Below are positions 1 to 10,892 of a stretch of DNA of 64,000 nucleotides, in pieces. The notes under the pieces were generated by a model that was not told where the DNA came from, did not search any database, and was given only the letters and a program-made list of their open reading frames with translations. The stretch covers positions 2,656,001-2,720,000 of the forward strand of contig CAWIAD010000001.1 of the NCBI GenBank assembly GCA_963833985.1, written 5' to 3'. Positions within the stretch are counted from its first letter, which is position 1. The number at the start of each line of letters is the position of its first letter. A program made the position numbers and the translations under genes. The DNA is from an uncultured Planctomycetaceae bacterium. Its GTDB lineage: Bacteria; Planctomycetota; Planctomycetia; Isosphaerales; Isosphaeraceae.

Positions 1-94
1 CGCGGTCGAAGTACACGGCCGCACGCGTCTCCTGGCCAAGACGGTCGCCAATGCGGGCAAGGGAAGAGGAGGACAGGTTGATCGTGGTGGGCAT
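1..94 (-). CDS. 5' fragment of an unidentified CDS running off the window edge (MPTTINLSSSSLARIGDRLGQETRAAVYFDR...)
   Basis: ATG at 94-92 with an open frame to position 1, directly downstream of the Uma2 gene; too short to identify. Confidence 0.45.
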   Translation of the reverse strand, partial: MPTTINLSSSSLARIGDRLGQETRAAVYFDR

Positions 95-150
95 GATCCA
101 GGGGTCTCTGCAATCAAGACGCAAAGGTGCCGTGCCGTGACAGGCCGGTG

Positions 151-747
151 TCACTCGGGATCATCCTCGAACAGGGCCGCGACCGGCAGACGAAACCCGG
201 GAAGCAGATCGCCTCCGTCGAGTTCTTCGCCGCCCTTGACTACGTGGATTTCGGTCGGCGAAGCATAGTCATACACCTCGGCCTGATCAGGATACATCAC
301 CCAAACGCGCGAGACCCCGGCCTCGAAGTATTCGTGAATCTTCTCCAGGACTTCATAAGCGGAGTTGCTCTCGCTGATGACTTCGATCGCCAGCGATGGA
401 ATCATGTCCCAGGGACTGACCTTGGGAATCCGGCGATGAGTCGGCCAGCGAGCATGCGGAACGATGGCCACGTCCGGGCGACGGCGAAGGTCTCGCTCGA
501 GATTGATGCGAAAGAGCATTTCGGCCACCGCCTTGCCCGCTCGATTGGCCCTCAGGTACGGGGTCAACAGCCCGACCAGAATAGAGGCGATCTCAATCTC
601 GCGCGCGCTCATCCTCTTCTCCACAACCTGACCGTCGACGACTTCGTAGAGCCGATCGGCGGACAGGTCGGCAGCGTGATGGACGGGGAACAAACCCGGG
701 GTCATGGTTTCTGCGGTCTGAGAAGTCAGGGCCGGAACCGTGCTCAT
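151..747 (-). CDS. Uma2 family (DUF820) endonuclease
   Basis: YEVVDGQVVE, RRPDVA, PSLAIEVISES, EYFEAGVSRVW and LLPGFRL motifs; GGAGA RBS before MSTVPAL. Confidence 0.9.
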   Translation of the reverse strand: MSTVPALTSQTAETMTPGLFPVHHAADLSADRLYEVVDGQVVEKRMSAREIEIASILVGLLTPYLRANRAGKAVAEMLFRINLERDLRRRPDVAIVPHARWPTHRRIPKVSPWDMIPSLAIEVISESNSAYEVLEKIHEYFEAGVSRVWVMYPDQAEVYDYASPTEIHVVKGGEELDGGDLLPGFRLPVAALFEDDPE

Positions 748-966
748 CCGGGAATCTCCTTCTGGGCTTCCGAGTACGTGCCGCGACGGAAGATTCTTAT
801 TGTAGCACGGACGGCCACGCTGCCGAGAGCAAGCGATCGAGGCCAGGCTCTCCGGGACGTGACGCCGGAATGATCCAATTTTCCCGCGCCGGCAACGAAG
901 AGACTTCATGGCACTGCGAGAGATCCACCGCAACATGGCCCGCGTCGAGCAAGGAGAGATCATACC

Positions 967-1413
967 ATGGCGCTGTACTACCAGACGGAATACCGGCTCG
1001 GACGGCACGCGGGTACGGTTCGCCGCAGCTATCGCGGGCTGCAAGCGTTCCTGGCGATCGCGCTGGACCTGATGTTCGTCTTCACGTTCGAGCTCGTCTT
1101 CGCGGCGCTTTTCTTCGTACTCGCGAACCTGACGAACATTCTGAAGGTGGTGCTGTTCGCGATCCTCTACCTGTTCACCGTTCCCTTCCGGCTGGCCAGG
1201 TGGGTTTCAGACAGGTTCGAGCGAGGCCGGGCGGCTGCCGGACTCCAGCGCGGACGGGCCCATGCTCAAGCCGGCCTGGGTCGGTCGGGACGAACTCTGA
1301 GTCTGAGCTCCTTCGCCGAGAGACACGGATCGCATCACGGCATGACCCGATGGCCGACGGCGGTGTTCAGCTTCAGTGCATTGCGGCGGTGCCGGGCCAG
1401 CGTCTGGCGGTAG
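967..1413 (+). CDS. Small hypothetical membrane protein
   Basis: AAGGAGA RBS before the ATG and two hydrophobic segments; the 3' end overlaps the TolC end, so the C-terminus is uncertain. Confidence 0.55.
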   Translation: MALYYQTEYRLGRHAGTVRRSYRGLQAFLAIALDLMFVFTFELVFAALFFVLANLTNILKVVLFAILYLFTVPFRLARWVSDRFERGRAAAGLQRGRAHAQAGLGRSGRTLSLSSFAERHGSHHGMTRWPTAVFSFSALRRCRASVWR

Positions 1414-3011
1414 TACCGGACCAGCGAGGTGCTGTCGCGTTCAATCGCCAGGAAAGCGCTCATGCTCATCTCACCTGCCCTGAGCTTCCGCAGGGCGCGA
1501 TCACGCTTCCGCTTCAAGGCCGGAACGGCTGTCTTCTCGAGCCGTTGCAGATCCGCACGGGAGCCTTTCAGGTCGCCGACGGCCTGACGCACCTCGGAGA
1601 TGACACTCTGCTCCACCGCGCGGGCCTCGACCTGGCTCTGATCGATGTTGTAGCGCGCTTTCCTCAGGTTTCCCTGGTTCCGGTTGAAGAGCGGGACAGA
1701 GATGAACAGGCCCGCGCCCCATGCGGACGTGCTCGACGTCCCTTCCGGGTGATTGTCACGATACTCGAAAGGCGTGTAGAGAAAGTAGGCGTCCGAAAAG
1801 CGCTCGGCGCGCTCCTGCATCAGCTCGGCCTGGGCCCGTTCAATCCCCAGGCGGTGGGCAACCAGGTCGGGCCGCTGCCCCAGCGCGATGGAAACGAGGT
1901 CGCCGAGAGCGGGGGGCTCCGGCCCAGGGTCCCTGAGCGTCCCCTGGAGCTTCAACGTGTCGGCCTCTCCAGCAGTGAGCCCAAGCAACTCGCCCAGCTT
2001 GCGCCTGGCTTCTTCCTGCCGCCCGCGCTGGTCTTCCCGCGACATGGCGGCCAGCTCGCGTTCGATGGTGAGGTCATCGATCGCATCCTCGTCCTCATCG
2101 CCACGCGGCAGCTTCGATCGCGCTTGTGCCAGAAGCTGGTCCAGCAGCTTCAGTCCGCGGTCCGCCGTAAGCGATGACTGCTGCTGGGCCAGCACGTCCA
2201 CGAAGGCCGTGTAGAGATTGTCAATCGCCAGCCGCACGGCGTCGCGGTACTGCGCTTCCAGAACGCACTTCTCCCGCTCGGCGACGGTGACCCGCGCCCG
2301 CCGCTTGCCGGAGTAGTCGATGGGAAATACGACGCTGATGCCCGATCCCACCTGTCCGGGACGCTGCTTCGAGTAGGCGCTGTAGGGAACCTGGTCCGTG
2401 GAATAGAAGAAGAGCGGGTTTTCTCGCAGCCCGGCAGTGAGGACATCGGCCTGGGCCTGGGGAATTTCCAGGTACTTCGACTGGAGATCCTTGTTCGAAT
2501 GCACCAGCAGATCAATGGCCGCATCGAGGCTCAGCGCCGTGGGTCCCGCCTGCTGGTCGCCCAGATCATCAAACGCGCCGGCGTCCGAGCCGGATGGCTC
2601 CTGCTCGGGAAGTGCGCCCGGCATCCGGATTTTCTCGATGGCCGGCGCCAGACCCTGTCCAATCGGAAGTCCGCCGGAGTTCGGCAGTGCATGATGGGCC
2701 GGGTTGACCGGTCGTCGAGCACGCTGCGCCAGCGGGGCGATACGCCTGTTGGGGTCCGGGCCCAGGATAACGTCCGTCGATCCCGGACTGCGGTGGAACG
2801 GACTGGCAAGGGTCCCGGGAGTACGGCCCAGGTTCGTCTTCTGGCTCTTCGACGCGTTTTCTTTTCCCTGACCGGCAAGTATGATGTCATCGGCCAGAGT
2901 CACCTGGCCGAAGCAGTTTTCCTTTCCCGGGCTCAAGGAAAGTGACAGCAGGCAGAACATCGCCACCGCTGTCCGGCGAATGCCGGCTCGACGCGCTGTG
3001 GATCCATCCAT
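1335..3011 (-). CDS. TolC/CzcC-family outer-membrane efflux protein with an N-terminal low-complexity extension
   Basis: QAQADVLTAGLRENP, RPDLVAHRLGIERAQAEL and ISVPLFNRNQGN motifs; signal-like N-terminus; start uncertain (3011 or 2960). Confidence 0.85.
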   Translation of the reverse strand: MDGSTARRAGIRRTAVAMFCLLSLSLSPGKENCFGQVTLADDIILAGQGKENASKSQKTNLGRTPGTLASPFHRSPGSTDVILGPDPNRRIAPLAQRARRPVNPAHHALPNSGGLPIGQGLAPAIEKIRMPGALPEQEPSGSDAGAFDDLGDQQAGPTALSLDAAIDLLVHSNKDLQSKYLEIPQAQADVLTAGLRENPLFFYSTDQVPYSAYSKQRPGQVGSGISVVFPIDYSGKRRARVTVAEREKCVLEAQYRDAVRLAIDNLYTAFVDVLAQQQSSLTADRGLKLLDQLLAQARSKLPRGDEDEDAIDDLTIERELAAMSREDQRGRQEEARRKLGELLGLTAGEADTLKLQGTLRDPGPEPPALGDLVSIALGQRPDLVAHRLGIERAQAELMQERAERFSDAYFLYTPFEYRDNHPEGTSSTSAWGAGLFISVPLFNRNQGNLRKARYNIDQSQVEARAVEQSVISEVRQAVGDLKGSRADLQRLEKTAVPALKRKRDRALRKLRAGEMSMSAFLAIERDSTSLVRYYRQTLARHRRNALKLNTAVGHRVMP

Positions 3012-3272
3012 GAGCGGTGTGACCCTGGGCCTTCGAGTCGGAATCTCCGACTTCCCCATTTCCGGGACCGTGCAAACACATCGCCGTACTTCGAATGTAT
3101 CGACGGTGGGGACTGTCCAGGTGTGGCGTTTTTTTCCGGCGGTGCGGTCGAGGCGGCCCGGCAGTGCCATGGATTCCCCGGCTCGCAAACCGGATGATGC
3201 GTCAGACCACAATGGACAGGACCGCCTGCGCCTTACCGAACCGGCTTTCGTGTCGCCTGGAGGTTCCGCCTG

Positions 3273-4205
3273 GTGGATTTGCGTGTCACACTCGGCCGTC
3301 TGGAGCTCAAGAACCCGGTGCTCGTCGCGTCGGGTACGTTCGGCTACGTGCGCGAGATGGCAGGCTTCGTGCGGCTCGACCGCCTGGGTGGCGTGATACC
3401 CAAGACAGTCACTTTTCACCCGCGCGCGGCAACCCCACCCCGCGCACGGTGGAGACGGCCTCGGGTTTGCTCAACGCGATCGGCCTGGACAATGACGGAA
3501 TCGCTCACTTCCGTGACCACCACCTGCCTTACCTCCGCACGGTGGGGACCGCGGTGGTCGCCAACATCGCCGGTGAGGATGAGGACCAGTTCGTCGCCAT
3601 GGCCGAGCAGCTTGCCGAAGAACCTGGACTGGCCGCCATCGAGCTCAACGTCTCGTGCCCGAACGTGAGCCACGGCCTGGACCTGGGAATCGATGCCCGG
3701 GCCGTTGGCCGGCTTGTACAGCGGGTTCGCGCGGCTTGCCCGCTGCCGGTGATCGCCAAGCTGACGCCGAACCTCAACGACATCGTACCGATTGCCCGGG
3801 CCGCGGCAGACGCCGGCGCCGATGCCGTGAGCCTGATCAACACCATCAAGGGCATGGCCGTGGACTGGAAGCGCCGCCGGCCGATCCTGGCCAACGACAT
3901 CGGCGGGCTGAGTGGCCCGGCCATCAAGCCGGTAGCGCCTGCGCATGGTCTGGGAAGTGGCAAGCGCCATCCCGCAGCTTCCCATCATAGGCATCGGCGG
4001 CATCGCCACGGCCGCTGATGCGCTCGAGTTCCTGGTCGCCGGCGCCTCGGCCATCCAGGTGGGCACCGCAACCTTCTACCACCCGCCCGCCGCCGAGAAT
4101 GTGCTCGACGAACTACCGTTGCTGCTGGAGCAGGCGGGTGTGGGCGCGGTGAGAGATATCATCGGTACACTGAGATCGAACCGCGAGGGCGGTCAGGTCC
4201 GGTGA
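3273..4205 (+). CDS. pyrD: Dihydroorotate dehydrogenase (class 1), split by two apparent frameshifts (~3425 and ~3938)
   Basis: [45 protein letters not shown] and IIGIGGI...QVGTA fall in three successive frames. Confidence 0.9.
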
Positions 4206-5593
4206 ACATCGGAATTCTGGCCGTCGATCACTGCGGCCCTCCTTCGAACGTCACAGGCATTCCGAGGCTCCGTGAGAGGAGCGCGGCAGGCCGCGATCCG
4301 GCGCTCGAGGAGCTCTCGGTCGCAGGGGAGGGTCGCAGCATCGCGTGCTTTGCTCAGGTGCGCGAAAGCGCGGTGCAGGTCTCCCGTACGTCGGTAAAGC
4401 TCACCGAGCGCTGCGTCCACCAGGTGGTAACTCCGGAGTGATGGGTCGGACGCAAACGCCTCGATCTCCCGGATGCCCGCGTCAGGGCCTTTTACGTGGG
4501 CCAGGGCGATCGCTCGGTTGAGCTGGTAGATGGCCGAGGTTCGTTGGGTCACCAGGACATCGTAGAGCCTGAGGATCGCCGGCCAGTCGGTTGCCGCAAA
4601 GCTCGGGGCCGCGCAGTGCAGCAACGCAATGCCGGCCTCCAGGTGGTAGGTCGAGACGGTCGTCCCCGCCGCCGACCTGTCGAGCAGCCAGCGCGCGCGG
4701 GCGATCAGGTCATGGTTCCACATCGAGCGATCCTGATCTTCAAGCAGCAGCAGCCGGCCCTGAGCGTCGGTGCGTGCGTCGAACCGGGCCGCATGGAACA
4801 GCATGAGTGCCAGCAGCGCGTCGGTCGCCGGGGAGCGGCAGTGGGCCTGCCCGGACAGCAGGTGGCAGAGCCGGGCGGCTTCCTCGCACAGGTCTTCCCG
4901 GATGGCCACGTCGCCGCTGGTCGCGGCATAGCCTTCGTTGAAAAGCAGGTACAGGCAACGGTGCACCGCGTCCAGCCGGCCCTGAAGCTGCTCAGCGGGG
5001 GGAACCGCAAGCTCGACGTGCTCTTCAACGAGTTGACGCCGCGCGCGCTGGATCCGTTTCTTGACAGTCTCTTCGGGCACCAGCAAACCGCGTGCGATTT
5101 CCGCATTGCTGAAGCCGCACAGCGACTTCAGTGCCAGTGCGATCTGGTTTTCGAGGGCCAGCGCGGGATGGCAGCAGGCGAAGAGCATTCGCAACTGGCT
5201 GTCCTCGAGCTGGGAATCAAGGAACAGCTCGTCGATCTCGCTCTCGCCCGCCTGCGGGTGCAAGCGGGCCCAGGCCGGCGCGATGCGGAGCAGGGTGTCG
5301 CGCTGCCGCAGCGCATCGATGACCTTGTTGCGCGCCACGCGGTGCATCCACGCCGACGGCTTCTCAGGCACGCCCTGCACGCGCCAGGCGTGCAGGGCTT
5401 CCAGGAGCGACGACTGGACCATGTCCTCGACCAGTTCGAGGTGGCGCAGCCCGAAGAGCCGCGTCAGAGCCGCGACGAGCCGTCCGTATTCATGACGGAA
5501 GAAGTGTTCGATCAGCTCTCCGGGCGTCCCCTCAGCCGTGGCGTCAAGGGATGACTGGCTCGTGAGCCGGGCCGAGGACTCGCTCATCGTCAT
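4193..5593 (-). CDS. ECF sigma factor with TPR/DUF6596-like C-terminal extension (ECF42-like)
   Basis: Sigma-2 region ELVEDMVQ...SAWMHRVARNKVID; LRMLFACCHP; YLLFNEGY; LLLEDQDRSMW; YHLEAGIA; upstream DGPF gene. Confidence 0.9.
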   Translation of the reverse strand: MTMSESSARLTSQSSLDATAEGTPGELIEHFFRHEYGRLVAALTRLFGLRHLELVEDMVQSSLLEALHAWRVQGVPEKPSAWMHRVARNKVIDALRQRDTLLRIAPAWARLHPQAGESEIDELFLDSQLEDSQLRMLFACCHPALALENQIALALKSLCGFSNAEIARGLLVPEETVKKRIQRARRQLVEEHVELAVPPAEQLQGRLDAVHRCLYLLFNEGYAATSGDVAIREDLCEEAARLCHLLSGQAHCRSPATDALLALMLFHAARFDARTDAQGRLLLLEDQDRSMWNHDLIARARWLLDRSAAGTTVSTYHLEAGIALLHCAAPSFAATDWPAILRLYDVLVTQRTSAIYQLNRAIALAHVKGPDAGIREIEAFASDPSLRSYHLVDAALGELYRRTGDLHRAFAHLSKARDAATLPCDRELLERRIAACRAPLTEPRNACDVRRRAAVIDGQNSDVHRT

Positions 5594-5610
5594 CCCCCGC
5601 GACCGGCCGA

Positions 5611-5967
5611 TCAGCCCTGGGCGGCCGAAAGGCCAGCCATCTGGCGAATCTCCACGTGGCCGCCTTCCACCACGTTGGGACAGTTCTTCGCGAACCCGAC
5701 GGCCTCGTCCAGGCTGGCCGCCTTGACCACCGAGTAGCCCCCCACCACTTCCTTGGACTCCACGAATGGCCCATCGGTCACGACCTGATCGCGATGAACA
5801 ATCCGCGCTTCGGGCATGAGCGCATCACCTGCGTCGAGCAGCCAGCCCTCGGCAAAGCCTTGCTGGATCCATTTCGACCATCGGTCCATCGACTGCTGCA
5901 TCTGCTCGGGCGAGACCTTGCTCATGTCAAACGGCTCGCTGCGATAGATAAAAAGAAAGTTCGCCAC
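5611..5967 (-). CDS. YciI/DGPF-domain protein
   Basis: VTDGPFVESKEVVGGY and VEIR motifs; typical ECF42 partner. Confidence 0.9.
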   Translation of the reverse strand: MANFLFIYRSEPFDMSKVSPEQMQQSMDRWSKWIQQGFAEGWLLDAGDALMPEARIVHRDQVVTDGPFVESKEVVGGYSVVKAASLDEAVGFAKNCPNVVEGGHVEIRQMAGLSAAQG

Positions 5968-6071
5968 GTCATCATCCTCCAGATCGGGATTCCGGGACTA
6001 CGTGCTCACGCTTGCCTCTGCCGGACCGGCCGCGCGATCGGTCATCGGCTCGCCGGTACGGTCGTCCTGTT

Positions 6072-6098
6072 GACGAACGAGCCGGTCGCCAGGGGACA
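6072..6098 (-). promoter_or_regulatory. Putative ECF42-type promoter of the yciI-ECF operon (TGTCCC-N17-CGTC)
   Basis: Minus strand reads GTGTCCCCTGGCGACCGGCTCGTTCGTCAAC about 105 nt before the ATG; resembles the TGTC/CGTC ECF41/42 consensus. Confidence 0.5.
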
Positions 6099-6386
6099 CG
6101 AGCTTCCTGGTTTTTTTTCGGCCATCCATGCCGTGGTGTTGCCCGGACAGGCCGCGGATTCGCGAAGCATTCTTGCAGAACGTTCTCCAGGATGAAAGCC
6201 GTAGCCGCCAGCCCGGCGCTACGTCGTGCAATGACGCTGTCGGGATGGCCAACCAATCGGCCCCTGGCCAGAGTTCTGCCCGGTGACGTTCAGGAATTCC
6301 GCAATCCTGTTCTAGGCTTCCTGGTACGGACCTGGCCCCGGCGACGTCCGCCGGGTCCGGGTACGCCGCGAGGTGCGACCTTGAAG

Positions 6387-7995
6387 ATGCACTGCTCCCT
6401 TCCGCACGTCGCCCTCCTGACCTTGCCGGATCCGCCCGTTGAGCCTGCACCAAGTGCATCTTCTCTGCCGGCCCAGCGCCAGGGGAAGGGGCCTGTCGAG
6501 CTGCTGGTCTGGTTTGCGGTCTACGCCTACGTCGCCATGCTCGTGATCCGCACCTCGTTCGATCCTGACATCTGGTGGCATCTCCGGACGGGACAATGGA
6601 TCGTCGGGCACATGGCCTTGCCAGCGACGGATCCATTCTCGAGCTTCGGCCAGGGAAGGCCGTGGGTCGCCTATAGCTGGCTGTTCGAGGTCTCGATCTA
6701 CGCCCTGCACCGTGCGTTCGGCCTCTTCGGCATCGTGCTCTACCGGGTGGCCCTTGCGTTCGCGCTCGCGGTCCTGATCCACCGCATGGTGGCCCGCCGT
6801 GAGCCGCGGTTCCTGCGCGGCCGGACTGGCTAGCCTGGCGATCGTCTCCCTGTCGGAGCTGATGAATGAGAGACCCTGGCTCCTGAGCATTTTCTTTTTC
6901 GCGATCACGCTCGACCTGGTGCTCGACCTGCGAGCCGGACGGAACCGGCGAGACCTCTGGCTGCTTCCTGCCCTCTTCGTCCTCTGGGCGAATACGCACA
7001 TCCAGTTTGTGTACGGGTTGTTTCTGCTCTTTCTTGCCTGTGCCGCACCGCTGGTCGATCGGCTCCCATGGTTCGCCGCGGACCAGGGCCCAGCAGCCAG
7101 GGCGGGCACGCCCCAGTGGCGTCAGCTCGCGGCCGTCGCCACCGCCTGCCTGCTGGCGACATTCGTGAATCCCTATCACGAACGTCTCTACGGCGTTGTA
7201 CTGGCCTACGCCCGGAGTACCGGGCTGAACAACGTGATCATCGAGTTTTTGCCGCTCAGCTTCAGGAACCCCGCGGACTGGACCTTGCTGGTGCTGACCT
7301 TGCTTGCCGCGTTTCATCTGGGAAAGCGCGGCCGGTTCTCCAGCTTCGATGCCGGCCTGCTGGCCGCTTCCGCGTATCTGTCGTTCCACTCGCGGCGCGA
7401 TGCCTGGTTCATGACACTCAGTACGCTGGCAATTCTGACCAACCAGGCGGCTGCTCACGCTTCCCTCCCGCCGGTACGCAGCAAATTCACGAGACCTCAG
7501 CTTGTCGGCCTGGCAACCTGCGTAGGCGCGGTGCTTATCGTCCTTGGCTGGCGATGCAACGTCACCCGGCTTGGCCTGAAGCATGCCGAGGCCCTGGATT
7601 ATCCGGTCGCCGCTGTGAGCTTTGTCGAGAGCAAGGGTTTTCGTGGACCCCTGTACAACACGCTTGAATGGGGCGGTTACCTCATCTGGCGGCTCCCCGA
7701 ACTGCCCGTCTCGCTCGACGGCCGGACCGACGTGCACGGCGAGACGCGGGTGATCCGCGGCGTCTCGACCTGGGGAGGGTCGCCGTACTGGCGATTGGAT
7801 CCCGAGCTTGCGTCGTCGCGGCTGGTGATTGGCCCGGTCGGTACGCCCCTCATGTCCCTGCTCCAGACCGACCCGCGTTTCGAGCTCGTCTTTCAGAACC
7901 CGCAGGCCATGGTCTACATCGCGCGCTCGAAACAGGAGAAGCAAACGGACGGACCATCGAAGCGTGATGTGGCCCAGGCAAAGGCCATCCGCTGA
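6387..7995 (+). CDS. Multi-pass membrane protein, GT-C-like (DPDIWWHL family), apparent frameshift ~6815
   Basis: DPDIWWHLRTGQWI, YSWLFEV, ERPWL, LWANTH, VNPY and WGGYLIW...DGRTDVHG span two frames. Confidence 0.75.
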
Positions 7996-8197
7996 CCGCA
8001 CGCCGTGAAAGCCAGGTCATCCTGGTTCAGCCTGGGAGCCAGAGCGCTGCCGGTCAGGCGGCCTGCAATGGTGGCACGAAACCTTTCTCAGGTGAGTCTT
8101 CGTCCTGATCAGCCACCATGGACGCGCACGCTACCCGTACGGGTTGACGGTCAGGGCGCCTTGCCCGGGGCTGAGAGCCCTGCCTGGCCGCTCTCCG

Positions 8198-8384
8198 CGT
8201 GGGGTACGATTCCCATCGTGCCTTCCCATTCTCGTGGGGTACGATTCCCATCGTGCCTTCCCATTCTCGTGGGGTACGATTCCCATCGTGCCATCTCTGG
8301 TCCATCAGATCGAAGAAGTGACACGAATCGAATCGTGTCCCACGAGGAGATCGAAGAAGTGACACGAATCGAATCGTGTCCCAC
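8198..8384. repeat. REP/BIME-like cluster: 3 x CGTGGGGTACGATTCCCATCGTGCC (35-bp period), then 2 inverted related units (41-bp period)
   Basis: Direct copies start at 8198, 8233 and 8268; GATCGAAGAAGTGACACGAATCGAATCGTGTCCCAC occurs twice. Confidence 0.85.
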
Positions 8385-8641
8385 AAAGAGCGGCTCCCGG
8401 TCGTCCAGGATCGCGCCAACCTGCTGAATGCCTGTCAAAGAACGATTGCGAACCTGTTCAGACCCACGAGCGTGCCGTGAGGGCTGCACGCCGCGGGAAG
8501 GGCACGAACGTCATGCCATTCCCATTCACGAGGCGAACGATTGCGCGGGCTGCGCCATGCCCGCGTCTGGCCATGGGGCTCGAAGCCGCGAGGCCTGACG
8601 GATAGCCTCTGATTTTCGTGCAATCTGGGCTCTGGACCGTA

Positions 8642-8650
8642 TGTTATAAT
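8642..8650 (+). promoter_or_regulatory. Extended -10 element TGnTATAAT upstream of the S41 protease
   Basis: Perfect TGTTATAAT in a very GC-rich background. Confidence 0.5.
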
Positions 8651-8959
8651 TCGTTCGAGCGGGGACCACGGCGGAGGCCGCCTCCCGTTCCGGACCGGCG
8701 CGCCAGCAGTGAGCTCGAAGCCACGAATCACTTCCGCGGCCGTGACCGCAAACTGATTGTTGACATCATCGAACGGCAACGACGGAGTGGTGCGCGCGGA
8801 CTTGAGTTATGCCGGCCAACTGGGTTTCCGCTCCTGGACGAACACCGGATTGTTGCTGACCCGATCATCCGCTTCCCGTCCAGCTCGAACCGGGCCCACG
8901 TCAGCCTGAGGCAGACCCAATCGCGGCGTACCCTCCCGGGGATGGGAGGATGTTTGACC

Positions 8960-10648
8960 ATGCGTCGCCTGGTGACCCGGTCCGCTCTCTGGACGATCCT
9001 GGCGATGCTGGCATGGATGTCCAGCCCGTCGGCGTCAGCCCTCGCCCCCTTGTCGGATCCGCCTGCCGCGAGGAGCGTCGAGCCAAAGCCCGCCGATGAG
9101 CCGCAAGCGTTCCTGGAACGGGGGCTGGACCAGGAACGGCAGCACAACTGGGCCGCCGCCATCGAGATCTACCGCAAGGCGCTGGAGCTGTGGCCAAGCC
9201 GCACAGAGATGAGCCGCCGGCTGCGGCTCTGCGAGCTCCATTTCAAGCTGCTCCGCCGTTATCAGGACGTGAGCTTCCGCGGTGTGCTGCTCCGGCTGCC
9301 GCGCGACCAGGCCGTGGAACTGTACGGAGAGGTTCTGGACCGCATCCAGACTCACTACGTCGATCCCGTGCCGCTGGAGCCGCTGGTACGCCACGGGCTG
9401 GACAACATGGAAGTTGCACTGCGTGATCCGCTGTTCCTGAAGACCAACGTCGCGAGCTCAACGCCCGAGCGCGTGACCTGGCTGCGCGACCAGCTCCGGG
9501 CGATGCGCGGGCAGCTCGCGATTGCCAATCGTGATGGGGCCATCCAGACCGCGCTCGCCGCCAGCGAGCTGGCACGCCAGGCCGTGGAGCTCTCGCCCAC
9601 GGCGGTCCTGCTGGAATTCACCTGCGGCGCCTGCGACGCGCTGGACGACTTCACAAGCTATCTCACGCCCGACAAGCTGGAAGACCTCTATGCCATGATC
9701 GACGGCAACTTCGTCGGTCTGGGAATCGAGCTCAAGAACGATCCGCTAGGCCTCCGCCTGGTGGGCATCATCCGCGGCGGTCCCGCCTGGGAAGCGGGCA
9801 TGCAGAGCGGCGACCGGATCGTCAAGGTGGCCGGGCAGATCGTCAAGGGACTGAGCCTCGACGAGGCGGCCAACCGGCTGCAAGGTCCCGAGGGGACGAG
9901 CATCGACCTGGAGATCCTCAAGCGCGACGGCAACGTCCGCGATGTGCGCTTGATTCGCCGCCATGTCGACGTCGAGAGCATCACCCGGGCGAAGATCGTC
10001 GACACGGCCGAGGCCATCGGCTACATCCAGCTCGCGGGCTTCCAGAAAACCTCGACCGAGGAGCTGGAACAGGCCATCTCGGGCCTCCAGGCGCTGGGGA
10101 TGAGAACGCTTGTCCTCGACCTCCGCGGCAATCCGGGCGGCCTGCTCAACGTGGCCGTGGAGATCGCCGAGCGGTTCATCGACGAAGGTGTGATCGTCTC
10201 GACCCGCGGTCGAGCCTCCGGGCAAAGCCAGATTCTGCGCGCCGGCGGCAAGGCGCGGTGGCGGATGCCGCTCTACGTGCTGGTGGATCACGACAGCGCC
10301 AGCGCCAGCGAGATCCTTGCCGGCGCGCTCCAGGACCATCGCCGCGCCACGGTGATTGGCGAACGGACTTATGGCAAGGGCTCGGTACAGAGCATCTTCT
10401 CCCTCCGCTCGGCCCCGGCCGGACTCAAGCTCACAACCGCCAAGTTCTACTCACCGCGCAACCGTCCCTACAGCGAGCAGGGCGTGACACCGGACGTCCC
10501 CATCAGCACGCGGGTCGCCGCCAAGCCCGCCGCGGACAAAGGCGACGATCCCCAGATCGATGACGCGGTCGTGGGCGATCCCGGGCTCGACCAGGTCCTC
10601 GCCGCGGCCATCCGCGCCGCGAAAGGCCGCAGCCAGGCCGCCCGCTGA
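8960..10648 (+). CDS. S41 family C-terminal processing protease (TPR-like N-terminus, PDZ, peptidase S41)
   Basis: Signal peptide; FVGLGIEL PDZ; LDLRGNPGGLL; SASASEILAGALQD; TYGKGSVQ; GGAGGA RBS. Confidence 0.93.
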   Translation: MRRLVTRSALWTILAMLAWMSSPSASALAPLSDPPAARSVEPKPADEPQAFLERGLDQERQHNWAAAIEIYRKALELWPSRTEMSRRLRLCELHFKLLRRYQDVSFRGVLLRLPRDQAVELYGEVLDRIQTHYVDPVPLEPLVRHGLDNMEVALRDPLFLKTNVASSTPERVTWLRDQLRAMRGQLAIANRDGAIQTALAASELARQAVELSPTAVLLEFTCGACDALDDFTSYLTPDKLEDLYAMIDGNFVGLGIELKNDPLGLRLVGIIRGGPAWEAGMQSGDRIVKVAGQIVKGLSLDEAANRLQGPEGTSIDLEILKRDGNVRDVRLIRRHVDVESITRAKIVDTAEAIGYIQLAGFQKTSTEELEQAISGLQALGMRTLVLDLRGNPGGLLNVAVEIAERFIDEGVIVSTRGRASGQSQILRAGGKARWRMPLYVLVDHDSASASEILAGALQDHRRATVIGERTYGKGSVQSIFSLRSAPAGLKLTTAKFYSPRNRPYSEQGVTPDVPISTRVAAKPAADKGDDPQIDDAVVGDPGLDQVLAAAIRAAKGRSQAAR

Positions 10649-10892
10649 CCCTGGGCCGGAGCAGCCGGCCGTCCTCCGCGCGGTGAACCGTGACATGGCC
10701 CGAGCGCGCGACCCGGCCGCGCCGGGCTCGCATCCGGTCTGGCCAGGGCTGCACCGCGATGGGCATAATACGTCGTTCCGCTTCTGGGTCCCGGGTCATT
10801 CGCCCGTGATTCCGTCGAAAACACCGCGAGCCGCTGGGCCCGTCCGCCCGGGTCTCCCTTGCGCTCGATCCCACTTCGAGGAGACGCATGCG

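Noticed and set aside
5998..8001. 667-aa minus-strand ORF
   Set aside because: Antisense shadow of the membrane-protein gene; a high-GC artefact with no motifs.
8198..8384. CRISPR array
   Set aside because: Linkers are short and identical rather than unique spacers, units switch orientation, and no cas genes are present.
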